In this document: positions 6,701-15,453 of the stretch, in pieces | Layout: each line of letters begins with the position of its first letter | How positions within the stretch are numbered: position 1 is the stretch's first letter | Virus record (IMG/VR): IMGVR_UViG_3300042477_000445 | Span: 54,863-74,862 of that record | Reading direction: 5' to 3' (one strand) | Source of the DNA: an uncultured virus (IMG/VR IMGVR_UViG_3300042477_000445) | Taxonomy: Duplodnaviria; Heunggongvirae; Uroviricota; Caudoviricetes | Length of the DNA: 20,000 nucleotides | Position numbers and translations under genes: made by a program | Notes under the pieces: generated by a model | Seen by the model: the letters and a program-made list of their open reading frames with translations, nothing else | What the model was told of the DNA's origin: nothing | Databases searched by the model: none

Positions 6701-8764
6701 ATGTTAAAGAAAATAATACCGCTTTTATTTTTAGTCTCCTGTTCGCAAGAGACAGCAGCGCCCACTATTCAAGGGGGCATTGGCTTTGACATACAGCAAG
6801 ACACCACCATCATTGTTAAAGATATAGAACAACCAGATGTTATTGAATCAGACACAGAACCAGTGGAAGATACACAGGTAGAAGACGCGGAAAATGACCT
6901 AGAAAATACGGAAATAATAGAAGTAGAAGAAGATGCGGTCGAAGATGTTGAGCCTCCTGTAGAGGACACAGAAGAGCCTGAATGTATTGATGAAGACGGC
7001 GATGGGTTTGGTGAAAACTGCAACTTTGGTATTGATTGCGATGACTTCAATCCAAACTTTGGAGATGTATGCCCAGATTGCTCAAAGGCTGGAACTATAG
7101 GCTGTACTTGTTCTGGCAAGCCTTTATCGTGTTATGAATACGATCCAGCGACAGTAGGAAAAGGCTTGTGTAAAAAAGGTCAGCAATTATGTACAGACGG
7201 CTTCTGGAAAGCATGTAGCGGGAGCATTGGACCAGCACCAGAACTCTGCGACTTCAAAGACAACGACTGCGATGGCGAAACAGACGAGGGCGTAAAATCA
7301 ACTTGTGGTAATTGTGATCTAACTTGTAATCAACAAACTATTGGTTCTGGTGGTAAAGGATGGAATCTAAATAGTGAAAATGCTACAGGGCTTGGTTTGG
7401 ATCCACAAGGTAATGTAACTCTTGATTTATCAGCGATCTCGCTCAACTTGAAGTTTATTTGGATCGCAAACTCACCAAATAACACTGTATCCAAAGTTGA
7501 TTGTAAGACCATTACAGAAGTTGGTAGATTCCAAGTTTGCTCAGACCCTTCAAGAACTTCTGTTGACCTTGAGGGAAATGTTTGGGTTGCTTGCCGTGGC
7601 GATGGTGCCGTAACAAAAATTATCGCAGATAAAACAAAATGTGCTGATAAAAACGGCAATGGTATTATTGAAACATCGACAAGCTCACAGCCAATAGGCA
7701 ATGATGAGTGTATCAAGTTTATTGTAAACCCCGGCAAAGGATCTTATGCTAGAGGTGCCGCTGTAGATAAAGAAAATCATGTATGGATAGGTTATTGGAA
7801 CCAAAAAACAATGGTTCGTCTTAATGCCAACACTGGCGCAACGATGACGGAAATTCCATTGGGTGTATCGCCCTATGGTTTAGTAATTGACCAAAAGGGA
7901 ATGATCTGGGCGCAAGGTGAGTTCAACACGCTGGTCATGATAGACCCTTTGACACAAGTCGTTACAAAGAATAATACCTTACCACAACTAAAGTTCCCTG
8001 CTAGTGCTTACGGGCTTAATGTAGATAAGTATGGTCGTTTGTGGGTTGCTTCGGGCAACAAAGCATCTGTTTATGATCCCAAGACATTACAATGGAAGGT
8101 CGTTAACATGAACTGGGGTGGTGGTCGTGGTGTTGCTACATCAAATGATGGTTATACTTATGTCGCCGTAGATGGTTCAGGCGGGGCAGTAAAAATAAAT
8201 GGCAATGTTGATCCACCACAAGTAGAAGGTTTTATCAAGGGAGCAGGAAGCCCTGTCGGTGCTGCTATTGACTATGATGGTTTTGTTTGGGTCGTAAATC
8301 AAGGTGGTTCAAGCGCAACAAAGATGGATCCAAATACAATGTCTGCGGTAGGAACTGTTTCAGTTGGTTCATCTCCATACACATACTCAGACATGACTGG
8401 TTATACTCTAAACTACTTTACTGCGCCAAAAGGTCAATACAGCACAGTATTCTTTGGAAGTGTATCATCAAACCCAATAACAACTTCCACAATGAAACAA
8501 GTGTGGCAGTCAATTTCAGCAGAAGCGGATCTTCCAGAAGGGACAGCATTGAGGTTTAGATTAAGAGCGGGCAATACAAAAGTAGAACTAGAAAATGCTA
8601 AATGGTCTGAGCCTATTGATTTTCCGCCAGAAGTATTTCCTTATGATCTTACCAAGGCAAATATTATCGGCAACATGCTACAAGTTGAAATACAGTTGAC
8701 AACAAAAGATAAAAAGGTTGCTCCAACTCTAAAATCTATAACGGCGAAGTCCAAACTGATTTAA
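6701..8764 (+). CDS. Lipoprotein with MopE-type putative metal-binding motifs, Vgb/streptogramin-lyase-like beta-propeller and C-terminal beta domain (myxobacterial type)
   Basis: Lipobox LVSC; CIDEDGDGFG..DCDD and PELCDFKDNDCDGETDEG motifs; blades FIWIANS, PSRTSVDLEGNVWVA, PYGLVIDQKGMIW, YGLNVDKYGRLWVA, AIDYDGFVWVVN, SPYTYSDMTG. Confidence 0.8.
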   Translation: MLKKIIPLLFLVSCSQETAAPTIQGGIGFDIQQDTTIIVKDIEQPDVIESDTEPVEDTQVEDAENDLENTEIIEVEEDAVEDVEPPVEDTEEPECIDEDGDGFGENCNFGIDCDDFNPNFGDVCPDCSKAGTIGCTCSGKPLSCYEYDPATVGKGLCKKGQQLCTDGFWKACSGSIGPAPELCDFKDNDCDGETDEGVKSTCGNCDLTCNQQTIGSGGKGWNLNSENATGLGLDPQGNVTLDLSAISLNLKFIWIANSPNNTVSKVDCKTITEVGRFQVCSDPSRTSVDLEGNVWVACRGDGAVTKIIADKTKCADKNGNGIIETSTSSQPIGNDECIKFIVNPGKGSYARGAAVDKENHVWIGYWNQKTMVRLNANTGATMTEIPLGVSPYGLVIDQKGMIWAQGEFNTLVMIDPLTQVVTKNNTLPQLKFPASAYGLNVDKYGRLWVASGNKASVYDPKTLQWKVVNMNWGGGRGVATSNDGYTYVAVDGSGGAVKINGNVDPPQVEGFIKGAGSPVGAAIDYDGFVWVVNQGGSSATKMDPNTMSAVGTVSVGSSPYTYSDMTGYTLNYFTAPKGQYSTVFFGSVSSNPITTSTMKQVWQSISAEADLPEGTALRFRLRAGNTKVELENAKWSEPIDFPPEVFPYDLTKANIIGNMLQVEIQLTTKDKKVAPTLKSITAKSKLI

Positions 8765-8767
8765 CAA

Positions 8768-8776
8768 ACTATTTAT
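8768..8776 (+). promoter_or_regulatory. ACTATTTAT motif 4 nt before the transglycosylase ATG
   Basis: Fills most of the 16-nt intergenic gap; no SD present. Confidence 0.55.
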
Positions 8777-8780
8777 AGTA

Positions 8781-9296
8781 ATGTTAGTTATTTTTAAGCT
8801 GAGTTTCTGGATCAGCTTATTGTTCTCTTGTAGACCAGTAGATCCAGTAATAAGCAACAAAATAATTGATTCAGTTGAGTTTCAGGAATCGAGAGGTGTA
8901 GCTTCTGTAAGAGATAATGGTTATTGTGTTGGGTTAATGCAGATAGATAGAAGATATTCTCCAATACAAAAACCTTATTTAAAAATTCCTTATCTCAATC
9001 GAATCATTGGCGTGCGAATGCTTCGATATTGGCATAAGCAGGCGAGAGGTGATATGAATCATGCTCTTGCGGCCTATAATTGTGGATATGCTGGATTAAA
9101 TACCACTTGCGGTTCTGGATATGCCAGCGCCGTTTTAAATAGAAATCTTGTTCGTAAGAGAAAGAATCCCGAAAGTTGTTTTATTATGGGAAATATTATT
9201 AATTATTATTTCGACAATAAACACTATTTAGTTAAGTGGAGAAATAAATTATGGCATTACCAACAATCACCCCGGCATCAACGACAACAACGGTAA
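8781..9296 (+). CDS. Lytic transglycosylase (SLT/family 1) with predicted lipoprotein signal
   Basis: Three SLT motifs in order: QES (catalytic Glu-Ser), GLMQI, ALAAYNCG. Hydrophobic N-terminus ending LLFS-C. Confidence 0.85.
   Translation: MLVIFKLSFWISLLFSCRPVDPVISNKIIDSVEFQESRGVASVRDNGYCVGLMQIDRRYSPIQKPYLKIPYLNRIIGVRMLRYWHKQARGDMNHALAAYNCGYAGLNTTCGSGYASAVLNRNLVRKRKNPESCFIMGNIINYYFDNKHYLVKWRNKLWHYQQSPRHQRQQR
9223..9230 (+). promoter_or_regulatory. ACTATTTA motif upstream of the neck operon, inside the transglycosylase 3' end
   Basis: 8 of 9 match to the motif; followed by TAAGTGGAGAAA (identical to 92-103) and ATG 9251. Confidence 0.5.
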
Positions 9297-10501
9297 GATT
9301 ATCATCTTCCGCAACAGCAACAGAAGCTTCAACCGCTTCAAACTATCCGTTCAGCATATACACAACAGATCAATACTTCTTGACTGGAGCGGCGGAGCAA
9401 GTTGCCTTTGTTTATAAAATGTTAGGCGGCGATGTATTAGATATTGAATTAAGAAATCAAAATGTATTTTCTGCTTACCAAGCCGCTTGTATGGAATATT
9501 CCTACCTTGTAAACATTCATCAAGCAAAGAACTCTCTACCAAATATGCTTGGTGCAACAACAGGAACTTTTGATCATAAGGGTTCTCTTTTGTCTGGTCC
9601 AACCGGCTCAAACGTTGCATTAAAGTTTCCAAGATTCCAAGCACAACTACCAAGAAATGTTGCCAAAGGTTTTGGAGCCTCTGTTGGGGTTGGCGGTGAT
9701 GTTCCTGTTTATTCAGCATCAATTAATTTAACCTCAAGTGTTCAAGATTATGATTTACAAGCAGCAGCAGACGAAGCATTAACTGCTGCTGGAAAATCAA
9801 ATTTAGTTGGCAAAAGAGCAGTTGTAACAAAAGTTTATTATGTAACTCCAAGAGCTATGTGGAGATTCTTTGCTTATTACGGTGGTATTAATGTCATTGG
9901 TAATATGACAACCTATGGTATGTATACCGATGATTCTACGTTTGAAGTCGTTCCCACTTGGCAGAATAAGCTTCAAGCTATGATGTATGAGGATTCAATC
10001 TATACAAGAACTTCTCATCACTCTTATGAGATTGTGGACAACAAATTAAGACTATATCCAGTGCCAGCAGTTACAGACGTAACAAAGATGTATTTTAGAT
10101 TTTACATCGTTCCCGACGCTTGGGAAGCAGGAACTTCAAATGATGGTATTGGTGGCATCAATAACCTAAACACTCTACCTTTCGAGAATATACCCTATAC
10201 TAACATCAATAGCATAGGAAAGCAATGGATCAGAAGATATGCATTAGCTTTGTCAAAAGAAATGCTTGGTCAAATTCGTGGTAAGTTTGGAGGAAATGTT
10301 CCATCTCCAGGAGTTACAATCACTCTTAATGCAACCGCTTTATTAGGTGAAGCCGAGAAAGAAAAGACTGCATTAAGAGATGAATTGGTTAAAGTTCTTG
10401 ATGAATTAACATATACCAAGATTACAGAAACACAAGCCAGCATAGCCAAGAATGCTGCGGAAACAATGAAATACGCACCACTACCAATCTTTGTAGGATA
10501 A
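9251..10501 (+). CDS. Neck / head-tail adaptor protein, T4 gp13-like
   Basis: C-terminal WIRRYALALSKEMLGQIRGKF..PG..ITLNA..L..EA..E...L..EL...PLPIFVG pattern, N-terminal LGG.V.DIEL, and position at the start of the neck cluster. Confidence 0.8.
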   Translation: MALPTITPASTTTTVRLSSSATATEASTASNYPFSIYTTDQYFLTGAAEQVAFVYKMLGGDVLDIELRNQNVFSAYQAACMEYSYLVNIHQAKNSLPNMLGATTGTFDHKGSLLSGPTGSNVALKFPRFQAQLPRNVAKGFGASVGVGGDVPVYSASINLTSSVQDYDLQAAADEALTAAGKSNLVGKRAVVTKVYYVTPRAMWRFFAYYGGINVIGNMTTYGMYTDDSTFEVVPTWQNKLQAMMYEDSIYTRTSHHSYEIVDNKLRLYPVPAVTDVTKMYFRFYIVPDAWEAGTSNDGIGGINNLNTLPFENIPYTNINSIGKQWIRRYALALSKEMLGQIRGKFGGNVPSPGVTITLNATALLGEAEKEKTALRDELVKVLDELTYTKITETQASIAKNAAETMKYAPLPIFVG

Positions 10502-10505
10502 TTAA

Positions 10506-11003
10506 ATGGCAAAAAAGAATCAGTTTACACAACCAGCAGCTCCTCCGCCTCCGATGTTTATTAACCAACCGGAGAGAGACTTTAATAAACAAATAGTTAC
10601 AGAGGTCGCTGAAAGAGTTAGTGGTCAACCTATTCTTTATTATCCAATTGATATTGATTCAACAGATTTTCATCCTCTTTATGGTGAAGCAATAACAAAG
10701 ACATTTCTTCCACCAGTTAGAGTATACGCCTTTGTTGAATTTTCTGGCAAGTACATAGAAACAAAAGTAGATAAGTTTGGTTTAGAAAAAGATACAACGA
10801 TGACAGTTCATTTCCACAAGAGAAGATTAACAGAAGATCAGGATCTTTATGTTAGAGAAGGTGATTTTATTCTACACAATGGAGTTCTCTACGAGATTGT
10901 AAAATTATCCGAACCACCTTCTCCTTATGGTCAAACAGAGAACAGAGTAGAAATAACAGCAACATGTATTAAGAGCAGAAAGGGTCTATTCAACGCACAA
11001 TAA
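10506..11003 (+). CDS. Neck / head-closure protein, T4 gp14-like
   Basis: GQPILYYP...HPLYGEA, KFGL, VREGDFI...LYEI pattern; follows the gp13-like gene. Confidence 0.7.
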   Translation: MAKKNQFTQPAAPPPPMFINQPERDFNKQIVTEVAERVSGQPILYYPIDIDSTDFHPLYGEAITKTFLPPVRVYAFVEFSGKYIETKVDKFGLEKDTTMTVHFHKRRLTEDQDLYVREGDFILHNGVLYEIVKLSEPPSPYGQTENRVEITATCIKSRKGLFNAQ

Positions 11004-11013
11004 AGGTATATAA

Positions 11014-11859
11014 ATGGACACATCATATAAACAACAAGACAATCCAACACCAGTTTCTACTTTTGAAACAATTGATATGGCAATGTTTACTTGGTTAAAT
11101 GAAACTCTTGATGTTCATGCCACAACGAACGAAGGTATTAAGAAAGTTCCTGTTGTTTGGTTTACAAGAGAAAGAGCATTTCAAATTAAAGAAGAAAGAG
11201 ATAATAGAGATAATAATGGATTTTTAGATTTTCCACAAATTCAATTAGCAAGAACTACAATGGCATTAACAACAAAAGCAGAAAGTCCATTACCAGGGAT
11301 ATTTAGAAAAGGCATAGATTATAAAAATAATCAGTTTGGATTCTGGAGAAAAGTACAACAAGATAAAACAAAAAACTTCGCTAATGCTAAATCACAAAGA
11401 GTCTATGGTCAACCAAATTTTAAGTTTAATAATAATGAAATTGTATATGAATGGGTATTTACTCCATATCCATCATATTATGACATAACTTACGAAGTGT
11501 CAATGAAGTCAATTTATATACAGCAAATTAATGAAATGATGGCTCCGCTACAAAGAATTATTGTTCCATATAATGCTGGTGTATTTATGTTGAGGTATGG
11601 AGGTTTTAAGTATGAAGCCTTTGTTGATAAAGCAATGAATTTTACAACAAACTCTCCAGACATAGGAGAGGCAGAAAAAATTTATGAATCCAAATTTACA
11701 GTTAAAGTTTTAGGGTTTACAACGACGAGTGATACTAATCAGACAACTCCAAATACTGTTTACAGAGAGACTCCGGCAAAAGTCAGGATCAATCGTGAGA
11801 GAACTATTTTGGGAGATATAAATACAAATGGTGATCCAGATACTCCATATAGAGAATGA
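11014..11859 (+). CDS. Tail completion / sheath terminator protein, T4 gp15-like
   Basis: KVPVVW...ER, PQIQL.R, P..YDITYEVS pattern; lies between neck and sheath genes. Confidence 0.65.
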   Translation: MDTSYKQQDNPTPVSTFETIDMAMFTWLNETLDVHATTNEGIKKVPVVWFTRERAFQIKEERDNRDNNGFLDFPQIQLARTTMALTTKAESPLPGIFRKGIDYKNNQFGFWRKVQQDKTKNFANAKSQRVYGQPNFKFNNNEIVYEWVFTPYPSYYDITYEVSMKSIYIQQINEMMAPLQRIIVPYNAGVFMLRYGGFKYEAFVDKAMNFTTNSPDIGEAEKIYESKFTVKVLGFTTTSDTNQTTPNTVYRETPAKVRINRERTILGDINTNGDPDTPYRE

Positions 11860-11875
11860 TTTTGAGATTCTTAAA

Positions 11876-11884
11876 ACTATTTAT
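11876..11884 (+). promoter_or_regulatory. ACTATTTAT motif, candidate promoter for the tail operon
   Basis: Intergenic, 27 nt before sheath ATG 11912, with AGGAG SD at 11899-11903. Confidence 0.6.
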
Positions 11885-11911
11885 TAGGAGTTACTCATAG
11901 GAGAAAAGTAA

Positions 11912-14851
11912 ATGGCAGTAAAAGCTTTCAAGTTTGCATCCCCAGGCATCTTTTTAAATGAAATAGATCAATCACAAGTTGCAGAATCTCCTGCATCAGT
12001 TGGACCAATCATCATTGGTAGAGCAGAAAGAGGGCCAGCAATGCGTCCTGTTACAGTTGCTTCTTACGATGAGTTTGTACAAACGTTTGGTGAACCGGTT
12101 GCTGGTGGAGATTCTTCTGGAGATGTTTGGAGAAGTGGTATTCCTTCTGGTCCAACATATGGTGGTTATGCTGCTCAAGCTTGGTTGGCAAACAACCCAA
12201 CAGTTACATTCGTAAGATTATTAGGAACACAAGCTGATAATCCAGAATCTACAAGTTTAAATAATCAAGGGAAAGCAGGATGGACAGTTGGAAGCCCAAC
12301 GCCTTCTGCCCCTAAAGGTGCTTATGGATTATTTGTTTTTCCTTCATCATCTGAATCTTCTGTTATAATGGCTGGTTGTTTAGCTGCTGTTTGGTATTGC
12401 TCTGGTACTGTTCCAGTGCTCTCTGGTACTTTGTATGGTACGTCATCTCCAAAACAAAATAATGGTATTATGATTAATAGTACTAGTGGTCTTTTTTCTG
12501 TATATATGAGTGGAACTTCTGGTCAAGGAGTTGATACAAATACTGTTAAGTATTTCGATTTTAGCCCAACAAGTGATAAATTTGTTAGAAAAGTGTTTAA
12601 CACAAATCCACAAAATGCAAATACAGATTCTACCTCTGGTCCTTCAAATACAAGTACTTCTTTTTATGGATATTGGTTAGGAGAAACTTTTGAAAATGAA
12701 TTACCATTTATGGTTATATCGGGGTCTTCTTCTTATCCGCTAAACGGGGTTAATGGCGTATTAACAAATTCTGTTGGTATAATTTTACCAATTAAATTTG
12801 AAAATAGATTAGACAAACAAGCAAATGAAAGCAATGCAGCTAGAACAGGCTGGATCATTGGTCAGGGATCTTCTGGAGTTGTAGCTGACTTTTCAGCCAA
12901 AAATCAGAAGAAATTATTTAGATTTATTTCTCTTGATTATGGTGATTGGACAAGAAACAATTTAAAAGTAACAATCAATAATATTATTGCTCCACAAAAT
13001 GATGCGCAAAAATATGGAACATTTGATGTTGAAGTTCGAAGAGTGTATGACACTGATGCAAATAAAATTATTGTAGAAAGTTTTGTCGGTTGTACACTAG
13101 ATCCTGATTCTCCTAGTTATATCGCAAGAAAAATTGGAGATACATATTACAGTTGGGATGAATCTAATAGAATATTATCTGAAGTTGGGGAGAATCCAAA
13201 CAATTCTCAATTTATCAGAGTCGAAATGGCTCCTGACTATGTATCAAATGCAGGAGATATTCCGTTCGGCGTATTAGGTCCGCTAAAATATGACATTGCT
13301 ACTTTCGCTTCTCAGGCGAACGTTACAAATGGTGTTGGATTTGTTTACGGAACTTCAAGTTGTTTCGCACAAACTTCATCAGTCAATTTAACTGCCAGTG
13401 GTGGTCCATCAGATCAAGCATTTAGATTTAATTTTCCATCATTAAGAACAAGAGTGTCTTCATCAGAAGATTCTTTAACAACTTACAAATTAGCTGATTG
13501 GGGAGCTGCCACCACAAGAGCTGCTTCTTCTATTCTTTATAATGAAGGCGTTAATGATATTTTAAGATTACCATTGACTGGGTCTGGATTTTATACTGGT
13601 ATGGAAGGTGGTGGCTTATCTTATGCTTGGGCATTTAGCTTAGACGATGTTCGCGTAACCGGTTCACAGCTTACAGGAAGCACTTGGCAAAATAAATATT
13701 TTATTTGGACTGCTGGGTCAAAAACAAATTCTGGTATAAATGGTTCTTATACTGCTGTTAGTGGTACATTTGCACAACTTTTAAACACCGAAGGTGTAAA
13801 TTCTTTCACAACCACTTTCCAAGGTGGTACTGATGGATTTAACGTTATGGAAGGTGAGCCACTAAGAAATTCTGCAATGACAGTCGGATCTTCAACAGAT
13901 CAAAACAGCTATATCTACAATACATACAGAAGAGCAATTGATACGGTAAGAGATCCAGAATTTGTTCAAGGCAATCTCTTTACCATTCCAGGATTAGCTT
14001 ATGAGCCATTAACTCTATATGCTGCACAAATGGCAGAAAGTAGAGCAGATGTAATGGCAATTATTGATGCGTCTGGAGTAGGAGCCAATTTAGCTTCTTA
14101 TGTAACCAAACAAGAAAAAAGTGACAACGCACAAGGAACAGCAACTCCAAGAGTTGCTCCTGTTAGTGATGTTGTTACAAGAATGAAAGCTAGAAATTTA
14201 AATACAAGTTATGCTGCAACATATTATCCTTGGGTTCAAATTTCTGATTCTGTAACGGGTAAGATTGTTCCAATTCCATCATCAGTTGTTGCTCTCGGCG
14301 CAATGTCCTACAATGATAGTGTTCAAGCCCCTTGGTTTGCTCCAGCAGGATTTAATCGTGGTGGTTTATCAACCGGCAATGCAGGCGTAAACGTTGTTAA
14401 CATTGTTAAGAAATTAACATCTGCAGAAAGAGATCAACTCTATCCAGTCAACGTTAATCCAATCGCATCATTCCCAAATGAAGGAATTGTAATCTTTGGA
14501 CAGAAGACACTACAGGCAACTCCATCTGCTCTGGACAGAATTAATGTTCGTAGATTAATGCTCTACATCAAGAGAGGAATTAACATAATCTCAACAAGAG
14601 TTCTATTTGAACCAAATGTTCAAGATACTTGGAACAACTTTAAAGATCAAGCAGAACCATTCCTTGCAGATGTAAAAGCAAGATTCGGTTTGACGGATTA
14701 TAGATTAATTCTAGATGAGACAACAACAACTCCAGATTTAATCGATCAAAATATCTTGTATGCAAAGATTTTCTTGAAACCAACAAAAGCAATCGAATTC
14801 ATTGCAGTTGACTTCTTTATTACAAAATCAGGAGCTTCATTCAATATTTAA
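11912..14851 (+). CDS. gp18: Contractile tail sheath protein, T4 gp18 family
   Basis: FASPGIFLNEIDQS, IIG.A.RGP, YAATYYPWV, PWFAPAGFNRG, RDQLY...VNPIASFP..G..IFGQKTLQ...SALDRINVRRL, PTKAIEFI. Confidence 0.96.
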   Translation: MAVKAFKFASPGIFLNEIDQSQVAESPASVGPIIIGRAERGPAMRPVTVASYDEFVQTFGEPVAGGDSSGDVWRSGIPSGPTYGGYAAQAWLANNPTVTFVRLLGTQADNPESTSLNNQGKAGWTVGSPTPSAPKGAYGLFVFPSSSESSVIMAGCLAAVWYCSGTVPVLSGTLYGTSSPKQNNGIMINSTSGLFSVYMSGTSGQGVDTNTVKYFDFSPTSDKFVRKVFNTNPQNANTDSTSGPSNTSTSFYGYWLGETFENELPFMVISGSSSYPLNGVNGVLTNSVGIILPIKFENRLDKQANESNAARTGWIIGQGSSGVVADFSAKNQKKLFRFISLDYGDWTRNNLKVTINNIIAPQNDAQKYGTFDVEVRRVYDTDANKIIVESFVGCTLDPDSPSYIARKIGDTYYSWDESNRILSEVGENPNNSQFIRVEMAPDYVSNAGDIPFGVLGPLKYDIATFASQANVTNGVGFVYGTSSCFAQTSSVNLTASGGPSDQAFRFNFPSLRTRVSSSEDSLTTYKLADWGAATTRAASSILYNEGVNDILRLPLTGSGFYTGMEGGGLSYAWAFSLDDVRVTGSQLTGSTWQNKYFIWTAGSKTNSGINGSYTAVSGTFAQLLNTEGVNSFTTTFQGGTDGFNVMEGEPLRNSAMTVGSSTDQNSYIYNTYRRAIDTVRDPEFVQGNLFTIPGLAYEPLTLYAAQMAESRADVMAIIDASGVGANLASYVTKQEKSDNAQGTATPRVAPVSDVVTRMKARNLNTSYAATYYPWVQISDSVTGKIVPIPSSVVALGAMSYNDSVQAPWFAPAGFNRGGLSTGNAGVNVVNIVKKLTSAERDQLYPVNVNPIASFPNEGIVIFGQKTLQATPSALDRINVRRLMLYIKRGINIISTRVLFEPNVQDTWNNFKDQAEPFLADVKARFGLTDYRLILDETTTTPDLIDQNILYAKIFLKPTKAIEFIAVDFFITKSGASFNI

Positions 14852-14865
14852 TAGGAGAGTAATAT

Positions 14866-15441
14866 ATGGCACAGCCACCAGTTAAACCAATTTGGGCAGC
14901 AGATGCATCAGGTCTTGATCCAAAAAGATCATATAGATTTATTTTATATCTAAATGAAATTCCATCTTATTTTGTAAAATCAACAGGAGTTCCATCTTTA
15001 ACAATTAATGATGGTGGAACACATAAGTTCCTTGGACATGAATTTAAGTTTCCTGGTGGTGTGAAATGGGAAGGTGATATTACAATTAAGTTGGTTGATA
15101 CAATTGACTATAACATGGCTCAAAAGTTCATCGATCACATTAGAAAAGCTGGTTATGTTTATCCATCTAATTTCAGTGAATCATCAACGAGTCCAGAATT
15201 CTATAAGAAAACAATTTCAAAAGCAAAGTTTCCCTTCAAGCAAATTAAAATACAAAGATTAAATTCCGAGGGTTCAACTTTTGAAACATGGGTTCTTAAT
15301 AATCCTTGGATTTCTAAAGTTGATTTTGGAACTGCAAGTTATGATGACGAAAAACTACTCGAAGTTTCTGTAACCTTTAAGTATGACTGGGCAGAACTAA
15401 GAGAAGGCGATTCAGGAAACCCACCAGCATTCCCAAAATAA
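14866..15441 (+). CDS. gp19: Tail tube protein, T4 gp19-like
   Basis: Directly after sheath; PKR.YRF, PG.VKW..ITI, ETWVL...W...VDFG..SY, VTFKYDWA; AGGAG SD. Confidence 0.88.
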   Translation: MAQPPVKPIWAADASGLDPKRSYRFILYLNEIPSYFVKSTGVPSLTINDGGTHKFLGHEFKFPGGVKWEGDITIKLVDTIDYNMAQKFIDHIRKAGYVYPSNFSESSTSPEFYKKTISKAKFPFKQIKIQRLNSEGSTFETWVLNNPWISKVDFGTASYDDEKLLEVSVTFKYDWAELREGDSGNPPAFPK

Positions 15442-15453
15442 TAGGAGGTAAGA

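Noticed and set aside
7450..8420. Virginiamycin B lyase (antibiotic resistance) call
   Set aside because: Only the propeller repeat pattern is shared. The protein is a large exported lipoprotein, unlike cytoplasmic Vgb, so no resistance function is supported.
8770..8777. Perfect T4 late promoter TATAAATA on the minus strand
   Set aside because: No minus-strand gene follows, and the other motif copies are not perfect TATAAATA. The consistent position before + strand starts favours the + orientation.
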